A stretch of DNA of 64,000 bases, taken from a virus. Its lineage: Duplodnaviria; Heunggongvirae; Uroviricota; Caudoviricetes. The position numbers and the translations under genes were made by a program. Positions 37,850 to 47,746 of the stretch are shown one piece after another; position 1 is the first letter of the stretch, and each line of letters starts with the position of its first letter. The stretch lies in the IMG/VR virus record IMGVR_UViG_3300006033_000017, one strand, 5' to 3'. The notes under the pieces are model-generated. The model was not told the origin of the DNA, made no database searches, and worked only from the letters and a program-made list of their open reading frames with translations.

Positions 37850-38207
37850 GTCTTCGCTTCAAGTTCCTTGCAGTACCACTATCTTCATAACCTGGGCGAA
37901 CCCAGGCTATATCAGCATCTGATGCCTCTGTCATTGCAGCATCTTTCTTTGTCTGAGAAGTGAATCCACCGCAAGTCGGGAAATTACCCATGTTGTTACG
38001 TGGATTCTCATAAGCATGATATACAGTCACAGCCTCTTTAGATACCTGTTGAGCTAAATAGGCTTGAGCAATTTTATCTACCCCTGAACAATCACCCACA
38101 ACGAACTTAGCTTGAGGATCTTTCAGAGCATCCTCAATTATTGGCTCATAAAGAGCTATAAACTCTTCTGGTGTAATGTCTCTATGTCCACTGATGAAGT
38201 ATACCAT
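37830..38207 (-). CDS. SLOG/DprA-like Rossmann-fold small protein (DUF2493-like)
   Basis: ISGHRD ... VVGDCSGVDKIAQAYL resembles the SLOG/DprA GxGxDxxAxxxAL motif. Confidence 0.35.
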   Translation of the reverse strand: MVYFISGHRDITPEEFIALYEPIIEDALKDPQAKFVVGDCSGVDKIAQAYLAQQVSKEAVTVYHAYENPRNNMGNFPTCGGFTSQTKKDAAMTEASDADIAWVRPGYEDSGTARNLKRRLKASQR

Positions 38208-38238
38208 ATGAAGCCCTTTCGCTCATTTTAAGGTGAAG

Positions 38239-38742
38239 CTACCTGAAGAGTTTCTTAATCTTTCGAAGAAACTTCTTGGCCTCTTTTTGTACATTTGGTT
38301 CTGCCAAAGACAATAGAATTGACGAATTTGGGTCTCGTGTATATGTCTTATTTAATCTATTGTCTACAACATAACTCAAACAAATGTGATCCAATTTATT
38401 CAACGCAAAAATAGAATTAAGAACAGATATAGCAAAAGCATCAGCTTCATATTCATTTTGATAAAAAACTTCATCTCGATCAACATAACTGTGTCGAAAT
38501 AGAACATGCGCTATTTCATGAAGCAGAACATAGTAGTAGAGTAATGAGAATTTTGGCTTAACATAAATAGCAATATTCATGCCAAGACATGATCCCCAAT
38601 GTGCTGGCGAATCACCCTCATTGTGCTTAACGAGACGAATGTATCTCGCGGCACGAAGAAAAATACTATAGTAACGCGGCAATAGGATTCTTAAACTTAG
38701 ATACATCTTTGCTAGTTTGAATTTGTGTTTCAGAGACATCAA
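38239..38742 (-). CDS. ImmA/IrrE-family zinc metallopeptidase (M78)
   Basis: LHEIAHVLFRH (HExxH) plus downstream EYEADAFAISVL matches the M78 E-x-EA-x-FA-x-LL signature. Confidence 0.6.
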   Translation of the reverse strand: MMSLKHKFKLAKMYLSLRILLPRYYSIFLRAARYIRLVKHNEGDSPAHWGSCLGMNIAIYVKPKFSLLYYYVLLHEIAHVLFRHSYVDRDEVFYQNEYEADAFAISVLNSIFALNKLDHICLSYVVDNRLNKTYTRDPNSSILLSLAEPNVQKEAKKFLRKIKKLFR

Positions 38743-38753
38743 TTTGACCTTTA

Positions 38754-39350
38754 TTGAGAGTAATGATTGACCTCGCTGCCCTTACAACGATAAACCATCA
38801 GACTAACCCCATTATAGCACGACCGCAGCCGTTTGTTAAATCGCTTGACAACCCAATCACCCCATGGTATAATGATGATATGAAACCCATAAATCCAGTA
38901 TATGCGGCTCGTTTCGATGAAGCCAAATACTTACTAGAAAAACATCACGACCTATTTAGCGCTATTGTCTCTATTTCTGATAGAGAAGATGAGTTAATGC
39001 CACAAGCATTAACCCAAGACACCTATTGTCTGCGTCTAATCTTCACTGATACTGATGGTCGTCAACCTGACATAGCTATGTCTCTAGAACAAGCACAAGC
39101 TCTATATGATGCACTACCGACTATCACACAAGGAACAGGCACAATCCTGGTTCATTGCTCCGCAGGCTTGTGTCGCTCACCTGCGATTGCATATGTGATT
39201 ATGGCGTACCAATTCGGCCCCGGCAATGAAGCTCAAGCATACGCAGAGCTTTCTAAATTGAATCCTGTGATGCTACCTAACCAATGGGTGCTTAGTCAGT
39301 GCGAGAAGGTGATGCCGGGTTTTAAGTTACTACCAATTCTTAACAAATAA
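38754..39350 (+). CDS. Cys-based protein phosphatase (tyrosine/dual-specificity type)
   Basis: HCSAGLCRS = CX5R(S/T) P-loop. Confidence 0.6.
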   Translation: MRVMIDLAALTTINHQTNPIIARPQPFVKSLDNPITPWYNDDMKPINPVYAARFDEAKYLLEKHHDLFSAIVSISDREDELMPQALTQDTYCLRLIFTDTDGRQPDIAMSLEQAQALYDALPTITQGTGTILVHCSAGLCRSPAIAYVIMAYQFGPGNEAQAYAELSKLNPVMLPNQWVLSQCEKVMPGFKLLPILNK

Positions 39351-39776
39351 GTTGGGGGCTTCGCCCCCATCAACTATGCTATTCCAAAAGCCACTAGCCG
39401 TACTATTCCAACCACTTCCCACTAAACGCTTCGGAGTCGTCTCCAAGATCATATGTGCTAATCTCTTGCCAATCCCCTGTCGGCGATAATAAGGTGTAAC
39501 AAACGCAAAGATTTTATCTGCTACATTTAGATAAAGCGCAGGAGCACGCAAACACCAACCTATAATAAGACCGTTGGCATTAGTAGCAATTGCGAACTTA
39601 GAATCTATCCATTTGGGGTGCGTGGCAAGATCCGACTCATTCCTCTGCGCCGCGTTAATCATACCACGCATGATACTATGAGTAGGGATTGTTAGCTGCT
39701 TAATGCGTTCCTTCTCTTGCTCACTTAGGTTGTTAAATGTGGTTAATGTGTAATGTATATCGCTTATAGATCGCAT
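39330..39776 (-). CDS. GNAT-family N-acetyltransferase
   Basis: YYRRQGIGKRLAHMILE acetyl-CoA-binding motif (R/Q-x-x-G-x-G/A). Confidence 0.6.
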   Translation of the reverse strand: MRSISDIHYTLTTFNNLSEQEKERIKQLTIPTHSIMRGMINAAQRNESDLATHPKWIDSKFAIATNANGLIIGWCLRAPALYLNVADKIFAFVTPYYRRQGIGKRLAHMILETTPKRLVGSGWNSTASGFWNSIVDGGEAPNLFVKNW

Positions 39777-40522
39777 AATCTTCCATCGACATCATAGTTT
39801 AGCTCTAATTCGTTCTCGATGAGATGACAGAGAGATACATATCGCCTTCGATCATAATCCATGATAGCCTCATATGAAGGTAAGCGATTAGGATCAAACC
39901 AAAAGCTAACAATGGTGGAAATCAGACTCACCGTTGTTTCTGCGTCCTTAGGTACACTATTAAGTGACAACTCCATAAAGACGATATATTCATCAAGATT
40001 TCGACTATATACATCAGCGCCCGAGTACGAATCCGGCACACTGACTTCATTCAACAGCAGCAGTATCCTGTCTTCACACCCTAAAATTGCAGTCGGGATA
40101 TCGTCATATATGGGGTAAATGTATATGGCATCACTGGTCTGATTAAAAAGCGGTTCTACAGCAAATGGTATAGCGACACATGATTTAGAATTCGACGCAC
40201 AAACTCCAACACTAGGAAGTATACTGAGTAAACTCTTCAGTTGCTTAATGGTTGTGAGGGCATTCTCTAGGCGATAATCCATCACTATGTCATCGCAAAG
40301 GAATTCAACCGCATCATTACGAGAGATTGACTTAAGCACTTTCTCTAGGGTGTGAATGTGTGACCGCATCCATCGCTCATCATCATCTAATCTAGCGCAC
40401 CCCTCTTCGGGATCAATTTCCAGTACCTTACTCTGAAAGAAAGAGCCATCCTTAACACTAGTAAATCCACTAAATGGTAATTTGCGTAATTGTTTGGAAA
40501 TGTTGCGGCTGACCCTTTTCAT
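39764..40522 (-). CDS. GDDI-motif family protein, paralog 1 (252 aa)
   Basis: IYPIYDDIPTAILGCE core shared with four neighbouring genes. Confidence 0.5.
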   Translation of the reverse strand: MKRVSRNISKQLRKLPFSGFTSVKDGSFFQSKVLEIDPEEGCARLDDDERWMRSHIHTLEKVLKSISRNDAVEFLCDDIVMDYRLENALTTIKQLKSLLSILPSVGVCASNSKSCVAIPFAVEPLFNQTSDAIYIYPIYDDIPTAILGCEDRILLLLNEVSVPDSYSGADVYSRNLDEYIVFMELSLNSVPKDAETTVSLISTIVSFWFDPNRLPSYEAIMDYDRRRYVSLCHLIENELELNYDVDGRLCDL

Positions 40523-40718
40523 TGACTAGGCTCTCCTCTCGAATCATCCCAATGTAGTCATACTCATCCGCCAACAAAACAGTGATGTCTTCGTGCAAAC
40601 GATCTAGACAATGCCAAGTGTCTTCATCTAAGCAACTTTCCATTCTTTCCCCGAATAGTTCAGTGAAAGCCCTATAGCACCTATCTAGTGTTGCTTTGTA
40701 GACATCTAACTGTTTCAT
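40470..40718 (-). CDS. hypothetical protein (82 aa)
   Basis: ORF. Confidence 0.35.
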   Translation of the reverse strand: MKQLDVYKATLDRCYRAFTELFGERMESCLDEDTWHCLDRLHEDITVLLADEYDYIGMIREESLVNEKGQPQHFQTITQITI

Positions 40719-41278
40719 GGTACATCCCCTGTCAGAATATACCTTGTAGCCAAAGCCATCGCATGTGGTAACGCATCCGTATTAGTCACAGTTTGTACAG
40801 ACAAAGATAGATTTTGCCTACAAGGATACCTATGGCATGTTTCTTTCTCCCAGTATTCAATCTCCTCTGTCCATATGCGATATGTAACAAATCTATCTAT
40901 ATCATCTCCAAGCGAAAACCATATAATCTGACCATCAGAGAATTTTCGAGACACTATTACTGCATTGTTGTAAACCTTCCAGCCCCCCAAATTCAATATA
41001 CCATAGAGTCTTCGATGAGCCACTAATTCATCAAATATTCTATTAACTGTATCTTGGACAACTAACGAAGTGTGGCATTGGTTGTGAGCTACAAAATCAA
41101 AGATCCTATTCTTACACTGTTCCATTTCTTGAATTTGATCCTTAAACCAACGTAGTATCGGGGAGAAAGATATCAACTCTATAAGTTGCTTATTGGTGTA
41201 ACCAAAGTCATAAAGGGTATTATTCTTATTCGCCATATTTGTTGGGCGCGGGATAATATGCGCACTACATTGACTCAT
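40715..41278 (-). CDS. GDDI-motif family protein, paralog 2
   Basis: IWFSLGDDIDRFVTYR. Confidence 0.5.
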   Translation of the reverse strand: MSQCSAHIIPRPTNMANKNNTLYDFGYTNKQLIELISFSPILRWFKDQIQEMEQCKNRIFDFVAHNQCHTSLVVQDTVNRIFDELVAHRRLYGILNLGGWKVYNNAVIVSRKFSDGQIIWFSLGDDIDRFVTYRIWTEEIEYWEKETCHRYPCRQNLSLSVQTVTNTDALPHAMALATRYILTGDVP

Positions 41279-41810
41279 AAATCACCTTTTCACCAAGTGA
41301 AACATAGTTTCTGGCAACCCTATGTGCGGCGCGCATATCACTAACACATATGGGTTCTGGATCCCCATGCAGATCTCTACTCTCTCCCTGTTTCTCGAAG
41401 AGCTTCGCATACCAACGAAGCTCTTCATTAGGTCCCGATATATTGCCTGCCAATGCAAGTCTAGGGATATCGTCACCTATAGGGAAGAATAGTCGCAAAT
41501 TCCCACTCTCACCTAAAAGGCACAATTGGCCCAGCCACACCCCATGAATCAATTCAACATTGGCGCTATACGTATGCAACCGGCGCACCTGATCCAAATG
41601 CTTATAGACAATTGCCATCGCATCAGCTACAACATCACCAAAGTAATTGAACATGCTATGCATTCTACGCTCGCACTCATAAAGCTCAATATGCTTGCTT
41701 CTCAAATAGGATCTGCCGGGAATATTGCCATCTAGTAATGATGAAAATTCAGTGTTAGTAATACCAAAGTCTGCTAAATGACTTTCGAGTTGGTTCCTAT
41801 AGATTTCCAT
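41265..41810 (-). CDS. GDDI-motif family protein, paralog 3
   Basis: LFFPIGDDIPRLALAG. Confidence 0.5.
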   Translation of the reverse strand: MEIYRNQLESHLADFGITNTEFSSLLDGNIPGRSYLRSKHIELYECERRMHSMFNYFGDVVADAMAIVYKHLDQVRRLHTYSANVELIHGVWLGQLCLLGESGNLRLFFPIGDDIPRLALAGNISGPNEELRWYAKLFEKQGESRDLHGDPEPICVSDMRAAHRVARNYVSLGEKVIYESM

Positions 41811-41821
41811 GTTATCTCCAG

Positions 41822-42520
41822 CTACACATTATAGAATGGCGGATGAAGTCCATCTGAATCATACTGATCCGAAGTATGTTGGTCCGCATTCCATACCTTA
41901 ACACCCGCGATGATATATCGAATAATGCGTTCCTGCCATATATGATCAGAAATTGGCATAGAGCTAACCAGTAAATTCTCTTTGCAGGGGTACTTTTTGC
42001 TACTTTGCTGTCGCCAGAATTGAAGCTCTTTAGGGGCGCGGACAGCAAAACGGCCTATGTCATCACCTAAGGCATAGTATAAACCTGAACCATCAATCCA
42101 ATCTACCTTGTCACGGTCATAGATATCAAATACTGGCTTGCAATTAACAATAACTACCGCATTATAATTCTCTACGGCAAAGTTGGTGCAAATGTAGTAA
42201 ATCCGTTTTAGTAGGGTGATTTGTGCCGCAATTCTATTCTGCGCATTCAGTAACTTAACTCTCGCGTTAGTGTCGCTTGGCATAACCTTTGACATAATCT
42301 TGATCATGCGAGATTGTATAGTGGTCGCCTCTATCAACAACGCCCTAGCCCTCTCGGGATTTTCGACATCCCCGAGACAATAGAACTCGAAGATTCTATT
42401 GGCTAGATTGTTGGTAATCTCTAGATTCTCAAAGTAAACTATCGGTGTAATTGCTCGCCCCATATTGGTTTCGCTATTATAGGTTGGAACACTCATTTCG
42501 ACTCCTTCAGGAACAGGCAA
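41822..42520 (-). CDS. GDDI-motif family protein, paralog 4
   Basis: LYYALGDDIGRFAVRA. Confidence 0.5.
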   Translation of the reverse strand: MPVPEGVEMSVPTYNSETNMGRAITPIVYFENLEITNNLANRIFEFYCLGDVENPERARALLIEATTIQSRMIKIMSKVMPSDTNARVKLLNAQNRIAAQITLLKRIYYICTNFAVENYNAVVIVNCKPVFDIYDRDKVDWIDGSGLYYALGDDIGRFAVRAPKELQFWRQQSSKKYPCKENLLVSSMPISDHIWQERIIRYIIAGVKVWNADQHTSDQYDSDGLHPPFYNV

Positions 42521-43239
42521 TACTTCTTCTGAATGGTCTTTATCTCAAGATCCTTGATTACACCTTTTTGGATATAGTTCACAATACACGAAAATGCACC
42601 CTTGTCGCTAGAATAGTGATGCTCGATCATTCTTAAAGCATCGTTTAGCGCAATACCCGGATTATCCTTGGCAGCGGCTTTCAGTAGCTCCACAGTGTTT
42701 CTAAATTTCGAGAATCGCGCACCACCTGATGAGCCTGCATCCTTAAAGGTCTTCTGCCCCTCAAGCAGCGATTGTTTTATCCTCTTGCTATTTACACGCC
42801 TATGCAGAGCAGGCAGCGGAAGCTGCGTTACTGTCCCATCTAAGCATTCTTCATCATAGCTGCTTTTAGCGGTGGGCCGCACAGAAAAACAACCTATACC
42901 TTTGCTGCTTAAGACCGAGTTGATGAAGCTAATCTCACGATAATCCTTCTTGGGAGTTGGTATTGCTATAGATACCCTATGAGCATAAGGTAGCCATTGA
43001 TTAGCCTGAGCAAGTAATTGAAAGCTGAGTGTCCTTTTGCATTCAATTACCCAGATCACCCCATCCCTAACCGCAACGATATCAGCTACGACTTCGGAAC
43101 CAAGATGCGGCAAGAAGACAGGAACTTCCTGATATACATCCCAGTTCTCATTAGTGAGTTCATCCACAACAGGTCTAGCGACGTGGCGCTCACTACTAGG
43201 CCAAGATGATTTAGGTAGTTTCTCCCGTGTCTTTCTCAT
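42493..43239 (-). CDS. PD-(D/E)xK restriction-endonuclease-fold protein
   Basis: VADIVAVRDGVIWVIECK fits a D...(D/E)xK nuclease core. Confidence 0.4.
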   Translation of the reverse strand: MRKTREKLPKSSWPSSERHVARPVVDELTNENWDVYQEVPVFLPHLGSEVVADIVAVRDGVIWVIECKRTLSFQLLAQANQWLPYAHRVSIAIPTPKKDYREISFINSVLSSKGIGCFSVRPTAKSSYDEECLDGTVTQLPLPALHRRVNSKRIKQSLLEGQKTFKDAGSSGGARFSKFRNTVELLKAAAKDNPGIALNDALRMIEHHYSSDKGAFSCIVNYIQKGVIKDLEIKTIQKKYCLFLKESK

Positions 43240-43663
43240 AAGCTGCTAGTTTAGCTCTGAGTTCCTCTATTTGAGCCTCTAGGTCTTTCCTAATCTCAGT
43301 AGGTGTTTTACCATTCGGGCGCAAGATGATCACAGAGATCCTTTCGTCAGTGTTAGCTATGTTATACGTAACTTCTAGGAAATTGATGGCATTATGCGCA
43401 TCCAATAACTCCATAAAAGACTTCGTTGTCACCATAAGCAACCATTGCGGCCCGTCGATACAAATCTTAAGGGTATCCTCATCCATACTATTGATGTAAA
43501 TATCCTTGAATGTAGCCAAATCACCAGTTTCTAGGAGTTTTACTTGGTCAATAGCATATTGTTGACAACCAGCCGCATATTGTTTTAATTCTTCAGGTGA
43601 CAACTCATCAAGATTAACTTGAAGATTAAGAAGTTGCCCCTTACTATTCACTACCTCATTCAT
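43211..43663 (-). CDS. hypothetical protein (150 aa), coiled-coil C-terminus
   Basis: ORF. Confidence 0.4.
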   Translation of the reverse strand: MNEVVNSKGQLLNLQVNLDELSPEELKQYAAGCQQYAIDQVKLLETGDLATFKDIYINSMDEDTLKICIDGPQWLLMVTTKSFMELLDAHNAINFLEVTYNIANTDERISVIILRPNGKTPTEIRKDLEAQIEELRAKLAAYEKDTGETT

Positions 43664-43904
43664 TACAGACTCCTTTTGCTATCCATTCTTCCACTAGACA
43701 GATGAAATCCCAAGTTAGCAGTGTCTTTCCACATCGACGCCCTAAGGCTAATAGTTCATCCGCATGAGCAAGCAGTTTAGGTTCACAAAGGGCTTCATCA
43801 TAGACTGGCCCCATCCATCCTGAATGACTCAGGATATCTATTTGATGCGAAGATCGTGCCATATGCGCGTCTCCTGATCTTGCCACATCCCCATAGCGAC
43901 CCAA
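43656..43904 (-). CDS. hypothetical protein (82 aa)
   Basis: ORF. Confidence 0.3.
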   Translation of the reverse strand: MGRYGDVARSGDAHMARSSHQIDILSHSGWMGPVYDEALCEPKLLAHADELLALGRRCGKTLLTWDFICLVEEWIAKGVCNE

Positions 43905-44377
43905 TGCCGCGCAATGGCCCGCGCGGCATCGATATCTGCTACTTTAGAAGCACCAATAGCAGAAAGCCCTTTGGGCGATTTTGTAACATAATCAACTGGT
44001 AACTGATAAAACTCGACATTGAGTTTTTGTTTATCGTATACTGCTATCCGATGAATATCATCTCTAGCAGACAAAAATATCACGTCATTACGAAAACTAT
44101 CAACCTCATACTCTCCTACCGGAATACCGTCCAATATTAACACATGCTGACAACGCGCCCACCAGTGAGCCATCGCCAATATTTGTAAAGATTGATCGCG
44201 AAAATCATTGAAATCATCAGGGGGCAGAATATTCAGATCTCGAATCTTGATATAGTAGCCATAAATGCTATTGTAATAATCCGCAGTCTCTAAATGAGTT
44301 AATTCACTATCTTCAAAATGGTTCACACACCCTGTCCGATACAATGGGGAGAGCAACCATATTGGTATACTAGACAT
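43838..44377 (-). CDS. GDDI-motif family protein, paralog 5
   Basis: IFLSARDDIHRIAVYD. Confidence 0.45.
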   Translation of the reverse strand: MSSIPIWLLSPLYRTGCVNHFEDSELTHLETADYYNSIYGYYIKIRDLNILPPDDFNDFRDQSLQILAMAHWWARCQHVLILDGIPVGEYEVDSFRNDVIFLSARDDIHRIAVYDKQKLNVEFYQLPVDYVTKSPKGLSAIGASKVADIDAARAIARHWVAMGMWQDQETRIWHDLRIK

Positions 44378-44699
44378 TGCGCTCTCGCTTTCTCGACTTG
44401 CGCTTCTTCTTTATCTCAAAGATGAACTCACCCTCATCTGTAATCTTCACTCGCATTGGGACGACATGCCCCGCTGTAAGTCGCCAATGAGCTTCTTGGA
44501 GCTTAGCCTCCATCTCATCCGTAACCCATGGCGCACTTACTATCTTGCTCGGCACACCATTTTCATCCTTAGAGTATACGTTGCAATGTTCGTGTCCGCA
44601 AATTGCCATATTAATCTTGGGTCGCGCATCTTCAACATAGATACGGGGTAGAGATATATGTACATCCCCTAGATCATAGGTTGCGACGATCTCACTCAT
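44370..44699 (-). CDS. hypothetical protein with basic C-terminal tail (109 aa)
   Basis: ORF. Confidence 0.4.
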   Translation of the reverse strand: MSEIVATYDLGDVHISLPRIYVEDARPKINMAICGHEHCNVYSKDENGVPSKIVSAPWVTDEMEAKLQEAHWRLTAGHVVPMRVKITDEGEFIFEIKKKRKSRKRERNV

Positions 44700-44708
44700 G
44701 GCTGTTTC

Positions 44709-44981
44709 CTATTCTTGGATAGCAAGCCTACCGGCTTCTGTCAAACTACCATAAAGTGCTGTGTATTGTGAATCGCCACCCTCAGTAACACTCATCCAAC
44801 CTTCGCGAATGGCAGCATTCCAAGCTTCGATAATATCGGGGGCCAATCTACGCATTTCATGCCCATCCATCATCCAGCTATTATCGGGGTTCTTGAATGC
44901 TCGCCTTAAAACTTCAAGGGTAGATTCAGTCTCTTTGATGGCGAAGGCTTCTTGTACGGTTTTCGCAATGTTCTTTTTCAT
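44709..44981 (-). CDS. hypothetical protein (90 aa)
   Basis: ORF. Confidence 0.35.
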   Translation of the reverse strand: MKKNIAKTVQEAFAIKETESTLEVLRRAFKNPDNSWMMDGHEMRRLAPDIIEAWNAAIREGWMSVTEGGDSQYTALYGSLTEAGRLAIQE

Positions 44982-45406
44982 TATGCTACTCTACTTAGTT
45001 GTTGCGCTGGAGATAAAAAATCCTTGACCGCACGCATAGCAAACTCACGGTTCATAAGATTAATGATCTCACTACGGATTTGATGTGACCCTTCGTATTC
45101 ATTAATTGGGAATACGGTGGCTGCGGGAATATTGGGGTAAGCTGAAAGTAAAGAAACAAGTAATTCAAAAGGGTGAATCTCAATTAATACACAAGCTTCT
45201 TCAACCAATCCAACGAGATAATAGTACTTTTGTCCCAAAGCTTCTTCTCTATGAAAATCAAAAGCCAATACAACCCATTTATTGTCTGACGTGAGCACCC
45301 ATTGACTACCAAGGGCCGAGCCCTTCATAGGAGCCAATAAGTTATTTTCATAGCGGTTTTTAACCTCATGATCTAATCTTTGCTTTAGGGCGTCATTGCT
45401 TATCAT
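44981..45406 (-). CDS. hypothetical protein (141 aa)
   Basis: ORF. Confidence 0.4.
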   Translation of the reverse strand: MISNDALKQRLDHEVKNRYENNLLAPMKGSALGSQWVLTSDNKWVVLAFDFHREEALGQKYYYLVGLVEEACVLIEIHPFELLVSLLSAYPNIPAATVFPINEYEGSHQIRSEIINLMNREFAMRAVKDFLSPAQQLSRVA

Positions 45407-45722
45407 TGATTAGTTCAGCCATTTCCTTTATTGTATCTCTATACGCATCAGCAAGAATGATTTCCCTACAATATCTTAGTTCTTCACAATCAGGGTCGGC
45501 TAACTCGAAGTAGACGTATTCCTCAACGATACCTGGAACATTAACAGCCATTATTGAGGAATTTTGAGGCATAACCCATACAGAAAATGGGCACACGAAT
45601 GTATAAATTGCCGGCCCTTCTAGTCGATTAGTGAAATGCCCACCGACACGATACTCACCTGCCATAATGTGATTATAGATGTAAGTTATGACTTTGACCC
45701 TATTATCACTATATGTATTCAT
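45393..45722 (-). CDS. hypothetical protein (109 aa)
   Basis: ORF. Confidence 0.4.
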   Translation of the reverse strand: MNTYSDNRVKVITYIYNHIMAGEYRVGGHFTNRLEGPAIYTFVCPFSVWVMPQNSSIMAVNVPGIVEEYVYFELADPDCEELRYCREIILADAYRDTIKEMAELINDKQ

Positions 45723-45728
45723 ATCGAT

Positions 45729-46493
45729 TTACACCTCAACGTGCAATAGCTCAGATATAGCAAGGCCGCGCCACTTGGTCTTACCAGTTTCGCCGCTGCA
45801 AACCCTATGCATATCTGCAAACCACCAATGCGCAGGCTCCAATACCATCAACAATGTATTGAGCCAACCACGACTTGGTTGTTCCTTAGGATCCAAGGGT
45901 GTAATACCGGGAATCTCGAATCTAGCAGGAGGCTGATGGGATAGAACAATGTCAACCCCACCCACTGCTTCGACATTAGCAATGGCTTTATTGATTTGCT
46001 CCTCGCTAATAGTCTCCTCTTGGAACCATGTATGAACTGCCTTCTTGGGGAAATACCTCATGGCTTCCTGGAACTTCTTGTTCCTATGTTGCTTGTCCCA
46101 AGGCACAGAATCCCCACCGCCCATAAAGAGTATTTTCGCGCCGTCAATTTCAAGAACAGTACCACGAGGCACATACGTAACAATGCCACCCTCGCTTGTG
46201 TCGCAGGGGCAAGGTGTGGTACCATGATAGATACCGTCTTTGATCATTTGGTATTGATCTTCATGATTACCATCTATCCACAGAAAGTTGACGTGCTCGG
46301 GCACGGTGACCTCTGGGGGCCACACAGGAACCTTATGCTGCCCGGAGGTGAGGTGACGGGGCCAGTAGCCCATTTCGCCCAGGCAGACCAACGTAGCGCC
46401 GTTAGGAGCCGCCTGGGCCACCGTGGTAACGGCGTTCTGGGCCGCAGGCCAGTCCGCGTGGATGTCGCCAATGAGGTATAAAGACATGAGCAT
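45729..46493 (-). CDS. calcineurin-like metallophosphoesterase
   Basis: LIGDIHAD (motif I) and WIDGNHED (GNHE motif III). Confidence 0.7.
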   Translation of the reverse strand: MLMSLYLIGDIHADWPAAQNAVTTVAQAAPNGATLVCLGEMGYWPRHLTSGQHKVPVWPPEVTVPEHVNFLWIDGNHEDQYQMIKDGIYHGTTPCPCDTSEGGIVTYVPRGTVLEIDGAKILFMGGGDSVPWDKQHRNKKFQEAMRYFPKKAVHTWFQEETISEEQINKAIANVEAVGGVDIVLSHQPPARFEIPGITPLDPKEQPSRGWLNTLLMVLEPAHWWFADMHRVCSGETGKTKWRGLAISELLHVEV

Positions 46494-46504
46494 TCTCTAC
46501 TAGG

Positions 46505-46533
46505 ATTATAGCACACCGGACGCGAATCGTCAA
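46505..46533 (-). promoter_or_regulatory. sigma70-like promoter TTGACG-N17-TgcTATAAT
   Basis: minus-strand read upstream of the metallophosphoesterase gene. Confidence 0.5.
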
Positions 46534-46549
46534 CCAGGAGTCCTTCGTA

Positions 46550-47746
46550 ATGAGCAATATTGAAGAGCTATTAGCACAGCAAAGAAAACTAGATCGCCAA
46601 GGTCGTTTTGAAGAAGCGGATCAACTATTCAAGACCTGTGGTGCATTTGATAGTTTTTCCAATGCCGGACTCGGAGCAATAGAAAGTCACGGTCAAGAGG
46701 GCGACGGTAAAAGTGAAATTCGGCTGGAATTGGGTGAAAGCAAATTAAGACCATCAAGTTGGTTTCGACAGCTAAAGAGTGTTGTGGTTCCTATGCCTGT
46801 TCAATATGTACAAAGATACCACGCAATGCCCAATCTTGTCATTCCTATGAAAGTTGCTGTTCAGATACCATCTTTGAAGGCAATACTAAGAAGTCCTAGT
46901 ACCTACTCAGCAGAAGGTAACACTGACGAAGATCAACATCGTCTCAATATACTCCGTAATCGGGACACGATTACTGCGTATATAACCGCGAATATCCCCG
47001 AAGCTGCAAGACAAGCACTCAAGAAAAGCCTTCTGCTTCAACCATTGACACCACAAGAAGAAGCGGCGATAGGCACTATTACACCGCAACAGTTATCAAG
47101 AATTGGTGAGCTTGTACAAGGATTACAAACCCCTCTTACGCCAATGAGACGTGGTGATTCTATCACCAATGAAGGAGCAGTAATTAGGCGAAACCGCATA
47201 GGTGGAATGGCGAAGGAAATAAGCCTACCCTATGAGTTATGTGCCAGCAACTCGGATAAAAGAAAAGGCAACCTAAGCGCTATTTACGACAAAGCGGCAG
47301 GTGGCGGACAAGTTGTTGAGTTGATGCTACACACATTACACTCAGCCACTGGTATAACACCAGAGGATGAAACCAATAGCAACGTTATTGGTGATACGGC
47401 TTTTGAGCAAAATCAACCGGCATCTACTGCTATTCCTGCCGCAGCGCCGCAGAAACAATCCTGGATTGAGCGCATAACCCAAAGACTCAATAATGCGACA
47501 AGAGAGAATATACTCTCTGATCTTCCCAATCTAACTCCCGAGCAACAAGCGCGCATACAAGAACTATCACGAGCGCTCAATAATGCTCATAGGAATCTTA
47601 CAGATAAAGAAAACAAGTTAGCAACGGGACGCACCAATGGTACGATTACGACTGAACGCGAAGCTAATCTCTTAGAACAAATTGGTTACTATCAGAACCT
47701 GATAGCACAAATCACTCATGACATCCGAATGGTACAATATAGCTAG
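46550..47746 (+). CDS. hypothetical protein (398 aa) with the N-terminal 'LDRQGRFEEAD' leader shared by two downstream genes
   Basis: N-terminus LLAQQRKLDRQGRFEEADQLF. Confidence 0.5.
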   Translation: MSNIEELLAQQRKLDRQGRFEEADQLFKTCGAFDSFSNAGLGAIESHGQEGDGKSEIRLELGESKLRPSSWFRQLKSVVVPMPVQYVQRYHAMPNLVIPMKVAVQIPSLKAILRSPSTYSAEGNTDEDQHRLNILRNRDTITAYITANIPEAARQALKKSLLLQPLTPQEEAAIGTITPQQLSRIGELVQGLQTPLTPMRRGDSITNEGAVIRRNRIGGMAKEISLPYELCASNSDKRKGNLSAIYDKAAGGGQVVELMLHTLHSATGITPEDETNSNVIGDTAFEQNQPASTAIPAAAPQKQSWIERITQRLNNATRENILSDLPNLTPEQQARIQELSRALNNAHRNLTDKENKLATGRTNGTITTEREANLLEQIGYYQNLIAQITHDIRMVQYS

